In this document: one piece after another, positions 62,935-64,000 of the stretch | Layout of the letters: every line of letters begins with the position of its first letter | Position numbering within the stretch: position 1 is the stretch's first letter | DNA from: Laetmonice hystrix | Lineage: Eukaryota | Direction of reading: 5' to 3' | NCBI GenBank assembly: GCA_965235115.1 | Contig: OZ249438.1 | Coordinates: 18,724,001-18,788,000 of the forward strand | DNA: 64,000 nt | Notes under the pieces: generated by a model | What the model saw: only the letters and a program-made list of their open reading frames with translations | Told to the model about the DNA's origin: nothing | The model's database searches: none | Translations under genes and position numbers: made by a program

Positions 62935-64000
62935 AGTGCTGACGTAACCCAATACCGACCAATGGGGGACGGGATGGGCCTGTCATTCAAACCAGTGTGT
63001 ATAGGTTCAGTGACAGTGGCCGGCAGCTGGCTGCCTATGTGGTCAAACCATGTGCTGTCCCCCTACACGTGGGTAGTCTCCAGCACAAGCACTCCACTCA
63101 CCCATTGGCCGGCAGTCGGCCGACCTTGGATATCATGAATATGCACTGGACTCAAGTTAGCGCAGACAGACTTAAATCACAGGCTTTCAGTGAAATAAAG
63201 AGTACGTGCAAAACTGGAGAAAGGAACACCTTTATGCCTACGCCGGTGGTCTTGTTGTTTGCGCTCACATCTCAAAAACAAACGAAAACAGGGGGATCGA
63301 ATGTCTTAATCGATACTGTTCTGGTTGTTTTCATGGTTTCATAGACATGGTAATGCCAGTTCACATGTAAGGCGCCTCCGTTGTCTTTTTGCTTTTTACG
63401 GTATTGATGACTCTTACATGTCATACTAATAAAAGTCAGCCGTCTATTTTGTGAACGCTTTCCCTTTCTGTTTGTGGATGGTCATAGAATGGGCCAATGG
63501 CTGTCATTGTTGTCTACAGCAGGTTGGTTGGGTTGGAGAACACCGGAAGAAGTCAGCATTAACCCAGTTTGCATAATTGGAAGCGATAGTGAAACTGGCA
63601 ACAGCGAAGGTCATAGCTGACGCGAACCGGAGCTCTCGTACCTTGGTCCCTCGATCGAGTCTTTCTCCGACAGCAAGGCCATTCTTCTCAACAAGGAAAA
63701 AAGCTGTGCGGAAGCGTATATAAGCACGGCTAAAAATGTAATGGTACACGTTTCTCCACGTTTACCACGGATTCAATGGTCAGTTCAACGAGAAATATGG
63801 TGAACAGTCGATACCAGTGGCCAAGGCAGACTGCCAAATAGGCAAAATATTGCTCTAATGACAGAAATCCCGAAGCGCTTTCGAGTGGGGTTGAAGAATT
63901 AGATAAAAAAAAATTATGAGTTTTCAATCGGTGGTAATTAATTTTTTTAACGCTTGTCTAGTTAACGTATGGTCAGCGTCTAAAAAGTAAAGGTAACCAT

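Overview
Eukaryotic (animal, probably invertebrate) genomic DNA with GT-AG spliceosomal introns; no operon, CRISPR, rRNA or tRNA features were found. Supported genes: (1) the end of a large, disordered Pro/Ser/Arg-rich coding exon on + (<2..1552); (2) two tandem, co-oriented 4-exon two-pore-domain K+ channel (K2P, TASK-2/TALK-type) paralogs on - (4186-7708 and 11233-13651) with identical intron positions and phases; (3) a complete 5-exon EAPP gene on - (17899-20313); (4) the first coding exon of an ANKRD63-like ankyrin-repeat gene on + (57622-57843), continuing past the window. The ~37 kb between EAPP and the ankyrin gene has no gene I can support. It holds many TIR-bounded MITE-like elements, a decayed RecQ-type helicase ORF (probable transposon fossil) and most of the window's eleven mutually unrelated 30-54 bp minisatellite arrays (~7.5 kb in total, ~12% of the window). 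Most interesting: the K2P pair (external alkaline-sensor Arg kept, cap Cys and internal-pH Lys absent, His cluster in one copy), the RecQ fossil, the private minisatellites and a strongly over-represented TAGGCCTA palindrome. I found no evidence of a wholly new multi-gene system. All splice sites, alignments and counts were done by hand; reference protein sequences are recalled from memory, not searched.
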